Part shown: positions 29,026 to 39,238 of the stretch, in pieces | Numbering within the stretch: position 1 is the first letter of the stretch | Layout of the letters: each line of letters starts with the position of its first letter | Virus record (IMG/VR): IMGVR_UViG_3300001533_002564 | Coordinates: 32,001-96,000 of that record | Strand: one strand, 5' to 3' | Length of the DNA stretch: 64,000 nt | Origin: a virus | The notes under the pieces: generated by a model | The model's input: the letters and a program-made list of their open reading frames with translations, nothing else | Databases searched by the model: none | Told to the model about the DNA's origin: nothing | Made by a program: the position numbers and the translations under genes

Positions 29026-31536
29026 TTAATCTTCATCTGACCAATTATGGTCATAAATTAAGTCTAAACGACTTCTTGTTATTGCGACATATTCCAAGTT
29101 TTTTTCTTGAGCAAATTGCCAAGGTTTTGCTGTTTGCATTGGTAATAAATCTGGTCTGATAATAAAAACTCTATCTGTTTCTAATCCTTTAATTTTATGT
29201 ACTGTACTTAATACAATTCCCTGTATTTCATCAGTAAAAATTGTTTTTATTTTATATTTTAAATCCAATATGCTATCAGAAATTCTAGCAAGAAATAATA
29301 ATGTCATTACTTTATCTTCAAGTGCTGTATATCCACTATGGTCATTTGGGTTTAAAATGCCTTCTTTTTTTAAATCTTTTCTAAATGACTGAAGTTCTGT
29401 TTCCCAAAAACTTTTTAATTTTTCAATATTATTAATTTTACCAATTAATTCAATTAAATGAACTCCAATATCACTTCCCTTAATAATTGCTTTTTTACGT
29501 TGTGTAAGAAATTCAAAAAAGAGTTTTACTAGTGGCATTGTTGTTCTACAAAGTACAAAATCACCACTACGTGCTTCTTCTAAAACATTACCATCTCTAA
29601 CACTGCCTTCTGGAGCATCTGGAAGTGCTTTTATATTAGGAACAATCTCTTGCGCTTTTCTAATAACTGCTTGTGAACATCTAAATGATACTGAAAGTGG
29701 TAATATTTTAGTATTAGGAAATTTCTCAAACCACTGAAAACTTTTTTCATCAGCAGCATTAAAACCATAAATTCCTTGAAAGAAATCTCCGACACTAATT
29801 AATCTACCTTCAAGTTTTTTTGTTGTTCGATTACGTTTTAAAACCTTTTCAATTATTCTAATCTGACAACGATTTAAATCCTGTACTTCATCAACAAAAA
29901 CATAGTCTTGTGGAAAAAACCAAATACTATTATCAATTGCAGGTAGAAAAACCATATCTGTATAATCAAATGTTTTTCTATCTGTTGTCATAAAATCCAA
30001 TACTTTTAAGATACGTTTAATATCTTTTGGTTTATTAAGTGGAATATCATAGCGTTCTGATATATATGGAATAAATTCTGGTTTTATTGTTAAAGTCAAT
30101 CTACATAAATTACAGAGTTTCTTCATGTTATTGAGGTATATCGAAATTTCTTCTTCAGATTTTAATTCATCATCCAATCCCCATGATTTCGATTTTTTTA
30201 AAATAACCTTATCTGCCTTAAATTCATCAAATTGGATTTTATCACCATATTTTCTTTTAATTGCACCCATACCCAAACCATATGTAGTATAACATCTAAC
30301 GTGTTTAGGTAATTTTGTACCAAGTTCTTCTTTAATATGTTTATTAAACGCCAAAAACATTATTGATTTATCAACAGGTAATAATTTAACTGCTTCAACA
30401 ATTGTACTAGTATTGTGTGTTATTGTGAAATCACCTAATAAAAATCTTCCATTACCGTCTAATGTAAAACCATAATATTTTCCAATACCAATATTTTTAA
30501 CCTTAAATCCTGTTCTTAAAACAGATTTTATTTGTTTTCTTGCTTCACATTTCTTTCTAACTAATAAACAAGGTAGATTTTCAAATGAACCTGTTATTAT
30601 TATTCTCCAATAATTACCAATAAAGTTTAGTAATTTAATTCTCCCCTTTTTAGGTATGATATATGCACCAAAACCCAAACTTCTTGCAAGAAATAATAAA
30701 TCTTTTGCAAATTCAGTATGTTTTGTTGTAATCTCATAATATTTATTATTTGAATGTCCATCACTATCAATGATTCCAGCCAATAGTTTTAATCTATTCT
30801 CTTTTGAATTAATTAAATAATTTTTAGGTATTGAAAAACTACCATTAGTATTTAAGCATTTCTTAAACTCATCTCTTACTATATTATTTACTTTTCTCCC
30901 GTTAAAATTAGGTGTGGTTAATGAGACAGTTATTAATTTTTTTTGATATTCATTGAATTTTGGTGTAATATTTTTATATTTAATATTACCTAAATATTCT
31001 AAGATGGGTTTTTCATTAACATTTACTGAAATTGTCGGTGACCCATTTTTTTTTGTTCCATCACCTAACCATAAACCCATTAAATATGGGTCAATTTTTA
31101 TTGTCTGTGTCTTAAAATCAACCCCAACTCTTTGTAGTCTTGCATACTTGAAATTACCGTTTGGGTATTTAGGGTAATTTAATTCATTTAATGGAATATC
31201 CAATAATTTCTTTTTTTGTTCATGATGGTGAGTTAAAACATGAACATCATTACATACCCATTCATCCCCTTTTGTTGGTATCACCTTAAATAAATCACCA
31301 AAACCATTATTAGTTTTTAATACTTTTCTCGGTGTTGAATCATCACCAATTAATAAATCACCAATTTTAATATCTTGAACAAATTTAATTGTACCATCAT
31401 ACATTAATATTGGAGTATTAATTCCTAGACATTTTCCTGTACCTGCGTATGCCTTAATCAAAATATTTTCAGGTCTTTTTCTCGTGAACATGAATATTCT
31501 TTCCTGTTCTGGTGTTGCTATAATCATACTATCCAA
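29026..31536 (-). CDS. UvrD/Rep-like SF1 helicase with intein
   Basis: AYAGTGK|...|TST P-loop, VFVDEVQD, VGDFFQGIYGF, STVHKIKGLE, YVAITRS. Confidence 0.88.
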   Translation of the reverse strand: MDSMIIATPEQERIFMFTRKRPENILIKAYAGTGKCLGINTPILMYDGTIKFVQDIKIGDLLIGDDSTPRKVLKTNNGFGDLFKVIPTKGDEWVCNDVHVLTHHHEQKKKLLDIPLNELNYPKYPNGNFKYARLQRVGVDFKTQTIKIDPYLMGLWLGDGTKKNGSPTISVNVNEKPILEYLGNIKYKNITPKFNEYQKKLITVSLTTPNFNGRKVNNIVRDEFKKCLNTNGSFSIPKNYLINSKENRLKLLAGIIDSDGHSNNKYYEITTKHTEFAKDLLFLARSLGFGAYIIPKKGRIKLLNFIGNYWRIIITGSFENLPCLLVRKKCEARKQIKSVLRTGFKVKNIGIGKYYGFTLDGNGRFLLGDFTITHNTSTIVEAVKLLPVDKSIMFLAFNKHIKEELGTKLPKHVRCYTTYGLGMGAIKRKYGDKIQFDEFKADKVILKKSKSWGLDDELKSEEEISIYLNNMKKLCNLCRLTLTIKPEFIPYISERYDIPLNKPKDIKRILKVLDFMTTDRKTFDYTDMVFLPAIDNSIWFFPQDYVFVDEVQDLNRCQIRIIEKVLKRNRTTKKLEGRLISVGDFFQGIYGFNAADEKSFQWFEKFPNTKILPLSVSFRCSQAVIRKAQEIVPNIKALPDAPEGSVRDGNVLEEARSGDFVLCRTTMPLVKLFFEFLTQRKKAIIKGSDIGVHLIELIGKINNIEKLKSFWETELQSFRKDLKKEGILNPNDHSGYTALEDKVMTLLFLARISDSILDLKYKIKTIFTDEIQGIVLSTVHKIKGLETDRVFIIRPDLLPMQTAKPWQFAQEKNLEYVAITRSRLDLIYDHNWSDED
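30412..31431 (-). mobile_element. Contiguous 340 aa intein with LAGLIDADG endonuclease in the helicase P-loop
   Basis: Starts CLGINTPILMYDG, contains LLAGIIDSDG, ends GDFTITHN|T. Confidence 0.92.
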
Positions 31537-31780
31537 TTATTTCAATATTTGTTTCACGTATATCTAATTCATCATGTGTCATTTTGGGGTATTCAATACT
31601 TTTAGTTAAGAATCTTCTACTACTTAAATGCAATATATTATCTAATTCTATTAAAGATATTGTATTATTTAAATCACATTCATAAATATTTTTTGTAAAT
31701 AATTCTAAAATTAAAGAATATTCTTTTCGTGATAATCCCTGCACATCCAATTGGATATTAAATTTAATATTATTTATCAT
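31529..31780 (-). CDS. Hypothetical protein
   Basis: 83 aa, coupled to neighbouring genes. Confidence 0.55.
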   Translation of the reverse strand: MINNIKFNIQLDVQGLSRKEYSLILELFTKNIYECDLNNTISLIELDNILHLSSRRFLTKSIEYPKMTHDELDIRETNIEIIG

Positions 31781-32324
31781 TTCTATCTAATTTTTCATTA
31801 ATTTCTTCAGTACTTAATTTAACCCAATGGTCATTAGTTATTCCATCAACTAATTCATATATTTCAATAATTGGTGAGAAATCATGTTGTCTATAAAAAT
31901 ATTTATTTTCACCACGTGGGTCACTATTAAGTTGAACACGTAATCCTTCTACCCTATCAAATAGTTTACCATTAAAAAAAATTTCTTTATTAGGTAATGC
32001 GTCTCTTTCTTCAATAGATTTTACATTAATATGATATAACTTATCTAACATCATATTTAATTCTCCTTGTGCCTTCATATTACCGTATAATAGTCCAGCT
32101 ACTTCATCACCTATTTGTCCAATTACTCTTTCAGACTCATCAATTGCCGTTATAATTTGTTGGTCTAAGTCTTGTATTCTTCGTGTAAGTAAATCTTGTA
32201 ACATCCATCTTGCTATTTCAATTACAAAAAAACGGTCTTCGGGTTGGTGTTCATAATCTTCAGGTAATTCAATATAAGGTCTTCCTTGTTCGTTTAATCC
32301 AATATTATATTCGATTTTATACAT
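31770..32324 (-). CDS. Hypothetical protein
   Basis: 184 aa, preceded by a TATATTTG promoter. Confidence 0.7.
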   Translation of the reverse strand: MYKIEYNIGLNEQGRPYIELPEDYEHQPEDRFFVIEIARWMLQDLLTRRIQDLDQQIITAIDESERVIGQIGDEVAGLLYGNMKAQGELNMMLDKLYHINVKSIEERDALPNKEIFFNGKLFDRVEGLRVQLNSDPRGENKYFYRQHDFSPIIEIYELVDGITNDHWVKLSTEEINEKLDRNDK

Positions 32325-32349
32325 AATACATAATTTACGTTAATAACTA

Positions 32350-32357
32350 CAAATATA
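32350..32357 (-). promoter_or_regulatory. Bacteroidota sigma-A type -7 box (TATATTTG)
   Basis: Matches TAnnTTTG; same box at 39547-39554 and 51226-51233. Confidence 0.6.
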
Positions 32358-32426
32358 TAATAAACTTTTGATATTGAAACCCTTTTTTAAAAAAACTTTA
32401 TAGTATTTATATTAAACATTTAAATA

Positions 32427-33551
32427 ATGGCACTAATAACTGTAGCAGAAAAGAATAAATTATACCTTAAAGTTAAACATGAATTAGGGTATCCGTTAAG
32501 ACCATGCATAATAAAAGATAAAATGATGGATTCTTATTTAGAAATGGTTGTTGAAGATTATTCTTCAATTGTTAATCAATGGTTAATTCATCAACAATGG
32601 ATTGGTTTAGAAGGAATGAATAAAGAAACAGGTGATTTTCTTGCAGCATTCACAACTAAATCAAATGCATATATGGAGAATTTTACTTATGCATATAGTC
32701 ATCAAGTTGGTTTAGGTACAAATGCTCCAGCAGCAAGAGGCTGGGAGCTTAAAAGAGACTTTATTATTACTTCAGCACATACTCAACATTATATTATACC
32801 TGCTGGTAGAGAAGTTAATGAAGTACTTTGGGAAACACCACCACCAATTGATGGTGGATTAGTTGACCCGTTTGCATTAAATGCTTGGAGTGCTGGTATG
32901 ATGGGAATGTCTTATCTTGGTCGTCCTGCATTATATGTTCAACCAACATATTCAACATTATTATCAGCACAAGACCGAATGACAAAAAGAAGAATTTTAC
33001 AATCAATATTAACTTATCGTATAACTGGTTTGGCTTCTGGTGAGAAAATGTTACATCTATATCCAGTACCTAATGACCGTCACGAAATAGCAAATAGTTG
33101 GGGAAAACATTATAGTGGTAGAAAAGTCTGGTATTGGTATTATGATACTGATGGTACTGATGAAAGTAGAGAAAAATGTTTAAATGATAATAAAGATGTC
33201 GTTAAGTTACCATCAGACCCACCAACAACAATATTAGAATGGAGTAAAATGAATGATGTGGCGAAGCAACAAATCAGAAATTTTTTAATTGCTAAAGTAA
33301 AAATGGTAGTTGGTGGTATTAGAGGTTTTTATGGTGGTGAACTCGGTGTTACCGAAAAACAACTAACAATGGATTATCGTCATTTACTTGATGAAGGAAC
33401 TAAATTAAAAGAAGAAACTGAAAAAATCATACTTGACCAATTAACAAAAATTAGTCAAGCTAATTTAACTAAAGAACGTGCAGAAATTGCTGAAAACGTT
33501 AATAAAGAACGTGGTTATCAACCACCAATGTTCCCAATTATACCGATTTAA
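32427..33551 (+). CDS. Neck protein (gp13-like)
   Basis: ELGYP motif near the N-terminus and C-terminal 'AKVKMVVGGIRG...LLDEG...PPM'; late motif at 32403. Confidence 0.7.
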   Translation: MALITVAEKNKLYLKVKHELGYPLRPCIIKDKMMDSYLEMVVEDYSSIVNQWLIHQQWIGLEGMNKETGDFLAAFTTKSNAYMENFTYAYSHQVGLGTNAPAARGWELKRDFIITSAHTQHYIIPAGREVNEVLWETPPPIDGGLVDPFALNAWSAGMMGMSYLGRPALYVQPTYSTLLSAQDRMTKRRILQSILTYRITGLASGEKMLHLYPVPNDRHEIANSWGKHYSGRKVWYWYYDTDGTDESREKCLNDNKDVVKLPSDPPTTILEWSKMNDVAKQQIRNFLIAKVKMVVGGIRGFYGGELGVTEKQLTMDYRHLLDEGTKLKEETEKIILDQLTKISQANLTKERAEIAENVNKERGYQPPMFPIIPI

Positions 33552-33565
33552 TATTCTAATTACTA

Positions 33566-34129
33566 ATGAAAAAGAAAAAACAGTTCAAAAATATTGAAGA
33601 TGAAAGAATGGGGTTATTTATGAATAATAATTCTTTTGATTTGGATATTATGTATGGTAGAAATTTTTTACAAACAGATAATGCACAAACAGTTATTATT
33701 CATAAAATAAATCTTATTGAAACTAAATCACATGCTTTATATGGTCAATCAAAAACTAAAGATAAAAAATTTATGACACCAGTAACTATAAATGTTATGG
33801 TTAATATTGAAGATAGTAAACAAGAATATTATGGTAATAGTCAGGGTGGAATATCACGTGATGATAGTGGAAGTATTAGTTTTGGTGTTTATCTCGAAGA
33901 ATTAAAAGAAAAACAGATTGAAATTGATAGAGGTGATATTATTGAATACAATATGAGTGGTGAAAAAAATAGATATTACGAAGTTGAAAATGCAAATAAT
34001 GTTACTGATGAAACAAAAAAAACAATTGGAGGATTCAAAAGTTACTGGAAAAAAGTTACTGGAGTTCCCGTAAAATCCGATTCAGTCCCATTTTATGATA
34101 ATGAAGAAACTGGTGAATCAATGGTCTAA
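33566..34129 (+). CDS. Neck/head-closure protein (gp14-like)
   Basis: Follows gp13-like gene; 'ALYG...KKF', 'GDIIEY...RYYEV'. Confidence 0.6.
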   Translation: MKKKKQFKNIEDERMGLFMNNNSFDLDIMYGRNFLQTDNAQTVIIHKINLIETKSHALYGQSKTKDKKFMTPVTINVMVNIEDSKQEYYGNSQGGISRDDSGSISFGVYLEELKEKQIEIDRGDIIEYNMSGEKNRYYEVENANNVTDETKKTIGGFKSYWKKVTGVPVKSDSVPFYDNEETGESMV

Positions 34130-35158
34130 ATATATGTAATTAGTGAAATTATTACTTCTTAATCTATCCCAAATTAATTGTTGTTTCAATTTAAGTTTAT
34201 TTGATGCATCAGTTAATGAATGATATTTAACATCATCAATTTTAAACGGTTTATTATTTAATGCGTAATTATTACCCTTATTTTTTTTTGATATTTTTTT
34301 ATTTATTTCTTCAATTGTTATTAATTCATTAATATTTTTTGGTTTGTTTTTATAAAAATAATTCATAAATGTTATAGTATTACTATTAATACGATAAATT
34401 AGTGTTGCGTATTTAATTTTCAATTTTTGTGATGCTATTTTAGGGTTAATATATTCAACATCATTAATGACAACAGGATTGTTTTTATATGTTTGTTTCT
34501 GATTTTTTTTACGACAATCTTTATGATATTTAGCATATTTACTAATTTCTTTTCCGCATCCGCATATACAATAATATTTTTTCTTAATAAATGGTTTATA
34601 AAAATATATTTTATGTTTTATAGAATCATATTCACCTATTTTTGGATTGTTTTCGTAATACCAGTTTTTATTTTTCCAATTTTTAAGTTTACTTGAAATT
34701 GATTTAATATCAACACATAATTCATTAGCAGCATCTTGTAATTTATCATATCTAATATTATTAATATAAAATGGTTTAGTGTGTTTACCTAAATTACCAA
34801 CACTCATTTTAAGACGAATTTCTTTTTGATTTGGATGTATTGATAAATCATAATTATTTCCTGAAGCAATTCGTGAAATATTATATACGTTTTTCCAATT
34901 ACTTATATTATTTAAATAATTTTGTTCTATCAATAAAACATCACTTTTTTTACACTTTTCTAATAATTCAACAATAAAAACATTTTTACCATATTTATTA
35001 TATGCATTTTGTAAATGTATACTATGATGACAATTTCTTTTTAATAATTCAAAATGTTTACGTATTCTTATTTTTATGTTATATGATGAACCAACATAAT
35101 ATTTATTATTGATAACATTAGTTATTTTATAAATTCCAGACACATTTAAATCTTTCAT
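34118..35158 (-). mobile_element. Free-standing GIY-YIG homing endonuclease
   Basis: SGIYKITN...YYVGSS...RIRKH...LIEQNYL...YN; own late motif at 35173-35180. Confidence 0.85.
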
Positions 35159-35187
35159 ATCACTAATTTAATATAAATACTTAGAAA

Positions 35188-35259
35188 TGGAAAAGAATTG
35201 TTGAAGTTCCTATTAAGGAAGATGTTGTTCCATTTTTAAGTGAAACAAAAGGGAGTTAA
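35188..35259 (+). pseudogene. Displaced duplicate of the 3' end of the gp14-like gene
   Basis: Reads WKRIVEVPIKEDVVPFLSETKGS*, compared with the current end WKKVTGVPVKSDSVPFYDNEETGESMV*. Confidence 0.75.
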
Positions 35260-35508
35260 TTAACTCCCTTCATTTTTTAAGTGTTTTTTCTTAATCTTTT
35301 CTAATTCTTCAACAAGTTTTTTATGTTGGTCTTTAGATTGGATTCCTAAGTCATCACCATATTCTTTAAAAATATCTATAACAAAAATAATAAATTCTTT
35401 TTCTTTTTTAGATAAATATATTGATTTTTTAGCAAATAAATATAATGCCATTGCAAGCAATAGTATAACTACTACTAATAGTAAAATAACTATATACGAC
35501 ATCGGCAT
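35260..35508 (-). CDS. Small single-TM membrane protein
   Basis: N-terminal 22-residue hydrophobic helix. Confidence 0.65.
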   Translation of the reverse strand: MPMSYIVILLLVVVILLLAMALYLFAKKSIYLSKKEKEFIIFVIDIFKEYGDDLGIQSKDQHKKLVEELEKIKKKHLKNEGS

Positions 35509-35513
35509 TCAAT

Positions 35514-35786
35514 TTATTTAAGTATTTTTTCTCTAACTAATGCGATATGTGCTTCACCCATTATTTTACTCCAAGGAATTGGAACACCATTTTCAACAAA
35601 ATCATTATAATAATCTTGCATTTTTAAAAACCAACGTGTTTCTTGATTCATACCATTATAAACTAAACCACGTTCTTTCCAAGTATCACCCCAACGCTTT
35701 TCATCATCTGATAATTGGTCTTCTACATCGCAAAATGTTTGACCTAATTCATTAATTAAATCAATATCCTTTAATCTTTCGTCCAT
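35514..35786 (-). CDS. Hypothetical protein
   Basis: 90 aa, in an operon after thyX. Confidence 0.65.
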   Translation of the reverse strand: MDERLKDIDLINELGQTFCDVEDQLSDDEKRWGDTWKERGLVYNGMNQETRWFLKMQDYYNDFVENGVPIPWSKIMGEAHIALVREKILK

Positions 35787-35789
35787 AAT

Positions 35790-36431
35790 TTAATATTTTA
35801 TATCATCAAAAATTATTGGTAATAAATCTTTGATTTCTTCAAGTAATGGTATTGCCAATTCTCTCATTTGTGGGTGTGCTGCCTTTGAACATCTTAATTT
35901 TAAAAAATGTCTCCATTCCCTTAAATTCATTTTTACATTTATTTCTGTTTTTAATCCATTTGGTAATATATATCTTGCTTCTTGTGGTGATGCACCTAAA
36001 TCGATTAATTTATTATATGCTTTTTCAATATCAATTAAAACTTGTTTTAAAATTGCATATTTTTCACAATCATCATCAGATTCAGGACAATTTGACCAAA
36101 AATTGGGTTGAATGTAAGTAATTTGATTTCCAAACTTATCTTTTGAATAATTACAATATCTTGTACTTTCTTCTGCATAACTTGCTAATCTATGTCTAAC
36201 AATTTCATGTGAAACACCTCTATCACATATGAATTTAACTGTAATATCAAAAAATTCAATCATTGCTTCATGACCACTATTAATTAATCGTGTAATTAAT
36301 TTTTTTGATGATTCATTATCAATTTTATCTTCTGACTTATAACAAGTTCTTGCTATTTTTTCAATTGTTTTTAAAATTTCATCACCATTAATTGTTGTTA
36401 AAATTTCATAATTTGGTTTAATAATTTTCAT
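35790..36431 (-). CDS. thyX: FAD-dependent thymidylate synthase
   Basis: SHEIVRHRLASYAEESTRY signature; EARYILP; NLREWRHFLKLR; AHPQMR. Confidence 0.95.
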   Translation of the reverse strand: MKIIKPNYEILTTINGDEILKTIEKIARTCYKSEDKIDNESSKKLITRLINSGHEAMIEFFDITVKFICDRGVSHEIVRHRLASYAEESTRYCNYSKDKFGNQITYIQPNFWSNCPESDDDCEKYAILKQVLIDIEKAYNKLIDLGASPQEARYILPNGLKTEINVKMNLREWRHFLKLRCSKAAHPQMRELAIPLLEEIKDLLPIIFDDIKY

Positions 36432-36442
36432 AATTTTTAATT

Positions 36443-37129
36443 TTATTGTTTATATTTCCATTTATATCCAAATGCTGTTTTATTTCGTTTTCTTAAACAT
36501 TGCATTATACCACTACGACCATAATTAAGAATTCTTGATGCTTCACTAATTGATTCAAATTTATTAATTATATTCTCATTTAAATCTAATTGTAATATTG
36601 GTTTTTTATTAACCACATTACGTTTCATATTTAAATAATCAATTTTTCTATTTTTTATTGATTTCTTCCATGAAACCCAATCAGTATTTTCTTTAATTTT
36701 TCTTAATCTTTCTGGATTATTATAATCAATTTTTAATGTTCTATTTTTTATAAATAACTTCTTTTCCTCTTCAGATGAAAAATTATTTAAATGTTTACTT
36801 CTTTCAAAAGTATGAAATATTTGTTTATTATAATCAATATATTTTGAAGTGTCACCACCATCACCATTTTCAATTCGTAAATTTGCCCAAACTTTAGATT
36901 CTACCACATTATATTTTAAACTAAATTCAATTCCTTTTTCTATTAATGTTTTTTCATTATCAGTTTCTAATATAATTTCTGTTTGAATGTCGATAGATTT
37001 TAAATTATGTTTTTTTAAATGTCTTTTCCATAATTCACCACTACCATTATATTTAAACGGATTTTTTGTTGTTTTACCTAAATATTTTAATCCTAACGGA
37101 CTTGTTTTAACATACAAATAGTATTTCAT
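36443..37129 (-). mobile_element. Seg-like GIY-YIG homing endonuclease with NUMOD1
   Basis: YYLY...KYLGKT...YNGSG...WANL; C-terminal NUMOD1; late motif at 37144-37151. Confidence 0.75.
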
Positions 37130-37179
37130 AACTTAATTTTATTATAAATACTATGGTGATGGATATTGGTGTTACTTTT

Positions 37180-37365
37180 TTATACTCTTTTATTTAAAAC
37201 TTCAATTTGATTATTAATGCGTTTTTTATCTCCATCGGTTAATGGAATTTTTTTGGTTGTTGTTTTACCATCATTTTTTTCAGGTTTTAAACCTGTTTTA
37301 AGTTGTGCTTCTAATTGTTCTAAAGCACTATTTCTTCTTAATCTATGTCCTGATTTACCTTTCAT
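37180..37365 (-). CDS. Small basic hypothetical protein
   Basis: 61 aa ORF. Confidence 0.6.
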   Translation of the reverse strand: MKGKSGHRLRRNSALEQLEAQLKTGLKPEKNDGKTTTKKIPLTDGDKKRINNQIEVLNKRV

Positions 37366-37762
37366 AATTATTTAATTTAGAATTTAATTATTTTTATTTT
37401 AATTCCTTCTATCCAATATTGATTCATATAATTTCATTTTCTGATTATATATATTAACATTTTTATTTTCATATGATAATATTATGATTTTTATTATTTC
37501 ATTAAATATATTAATATTTTTATTATAATCATTCACATCTATTAACGAATTCATTAATATCATTTTTGCTAGTTCTTCATATGAACTAGGGTTTATATAT
37601 TCTACAATATCGATAACTTCAGACATCTTTATTTTAGGTTTAACTAAATTTAAACAATCGAAAACCCATAAATCAAAATCATAATAATTTAAATATTTTA
37701 TTTTTTTCATATGGATTTATTTTCCTAATTTACCTTTCATAATTATTTAATTTAGAATTTAA
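37353..37762. repeat. Exact 35-bp direct repeat (37353-37387 and 37728-37762) flanking ORF 37399..37710
   Basis: ATTTACCTTTCATAATTATTTAATTTAGAATTTAA occurs twice and contains the leader and ATGAAAGGTAAAT start on the - strand. Confidence 0.9.
37399..37710 (-). CDS. Hypothetical protein, apparently inserted
   Basis: 103 aa, very AT-rich, between the direct repeats. Confidence 0.55.
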   Translation of the reverse strand: MKKIKYLNYYDFDLWVFDCLNLVKPKIKMSEVIDIVEYINPSSYEELAKMILMNSLIDVNDYNKNINIFNEIIKIIILSYENKNVNIYNQKMKLYESILDRRN

Positions 37763-37770
37763 GTATATAT

Positions 37771-38244
37771 TTATTTTCCTGAACTACCAAAACCACCTCT
37801 ATTTTTAAATTTTAAACTATTAGTTTCAATAAATTTAATTTTATTATCAATTAACCATTTTAATTTAATATACCAAGGTGCTTTCATTATTAATCTAATT
37901 TCAAATTGACAAATTCTATCGCCAGTATTGACTTCAGTATTTTTTAAAGCAATTGCATTAAACATCCAAATATCATTATTGCCCGAATATCCATCAGAAA
38001 CATTGTCAGGTCCATCCACAACACCATAATGATTTGCCTGAATTAACGAATATTTTTTATATGTTCCACTTCTGGGTACTATATTTGCTTGATAATATTT
38101 AGGTAAGCGTATTGAAACACCTAACGGAATTAATTTATTTTCAAATTTTTTAAATTGAATATTTTCTGATGATTTTAAATCAATCCAATTACCGTGTTGT
38201 TCTAAATAACAATTTTTATTATGATATTTAACTAATATATTCAT
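37771..38244 (-). CDS. dut: dUTPase (trimeric type)
   Basis: IDLKS, VPRSG, GVVD...YSG, GDRICQF, RGGFGSSG. Confidence 0.92.
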   Translation of the reverse strand: MNILVKYHNKNCYLEQHGNWIDLKSSENIQFKKFENKLIPLGVSIRLPKYYQANIVPRSGTYKKYSLIQANHYGVVDGPDNVSDGYSGNNDIWMFNAIALKNTEVNTGDRICQFEIRLIMKAPWYIKLKWLIDNKIKFIETNSLKFKNRGGFGSSGK

Positions 38245-38856
38245 TAATATTTTCTTTTTGTTTAATAATATTTAATGGTAATAATTTTTTTGCTTTTTCA
38301 GGATTTTTACACCAAGAACATAATTCTTCTAAAGATACTTTATTATGACAATATGCCCATAATGTTGCATTTCCAAAATTTTTATGTAACCATCTATGAT
38401 TACTCCAAGTAATTAGTAATAAATTTTCTTCCGAATTATTAGTAATTTCACAATCCCTATGATGAACACAATAATTTTCAGGTAATTTATTAATATCTAA
38501 ATATTCAAATACTACTTTATGATGTAATTTTATTCTACCAAATCTAGGTAAATTACTCAATAAATATTCATTATCATGTGTTGTGTTTCTAAAATTAGGA
38601 TTTTTATCACCAAAATATGCTTTTTTTCTAAAATTAGCAACACATTTGGTTGAACAAAAATAGCCATGAGTTCTTTTGTATCTTTTTTGGAAGATTCTTT
38701 TAAATGAAATAATTCACCACATTCAGTACAAACAGTATTTAATTCACCTTTTAATTTTTCGTTTGCACAAACTTTAGAACAATATTTAGCACTATCTTCT
38801 CTACTATTAATAACTTCGAATCTATTACCACAATTTAAACATTTTTTCTCAACCAT
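38228..38856 (-). pseudogene. Zn-finger + HNH homing endonuclease broken by a 1-nt frameshift
   Basis: ORFs 38557..38937 and 38228..38560 join (ESSKK-RYKRTHGYFCSTKC...LHHKV...VHHRD...NNSEENL...H) if one A is added in the A6 tract at 38683-38688; late motif at 38872. Confidence 0.75.
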
Positions 38857-38923
38857 AATATTTACATTAGAATAAATACTCGGTGTTATTGAAAATAACA
38901 ATAAACACAAGATTATTTTATAT

Positions 38924-39238
38924 TTAATCTGTATCATTAATTTCTTTAATTTTATTAATTATATTTATAATATTTTCAGGAGTTTCTTCTTTTTCTACAT
39001 TGTTAATAATTTCATCATAATCAGACTCAATTTTTTTATTAATCTTATCTAATTCATTAATAGTTTTTAATACAAATCTTGCTTGATGACCATTATCTAT
39101 TGCAACTGGAGCATCTCTATTTTTATAAAACAAATAATTTTCTTCATTAGCATAAAATAATAATGCTTGTTTTAATAATTCAATAGTATTTAAATAATTT
39201 TCTTCATTAATCATCTTCTTCAGATTTATTTTCAACAA
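38924..39238 (-). CDS. Hypothetical protein
   Basis: 104 aa; likely start MINEEN. Confidence 0.6.
   Translation of the reverse strand: MLKINLKKMINEENYLNTIELLKQALLFYANEENYLFYKNRDAPVAIDNGHQARFVLKTINELDKINKKIESDYDEIINNVEKEETPENIINIINKIKEINDTD

Noticed and set aside
34118-35259. Group I intron in the neck gene
   Set aside because: The endonuclease is antisense, there is no room for a ribozyme core, and the upstream gene already has a complete 3' end
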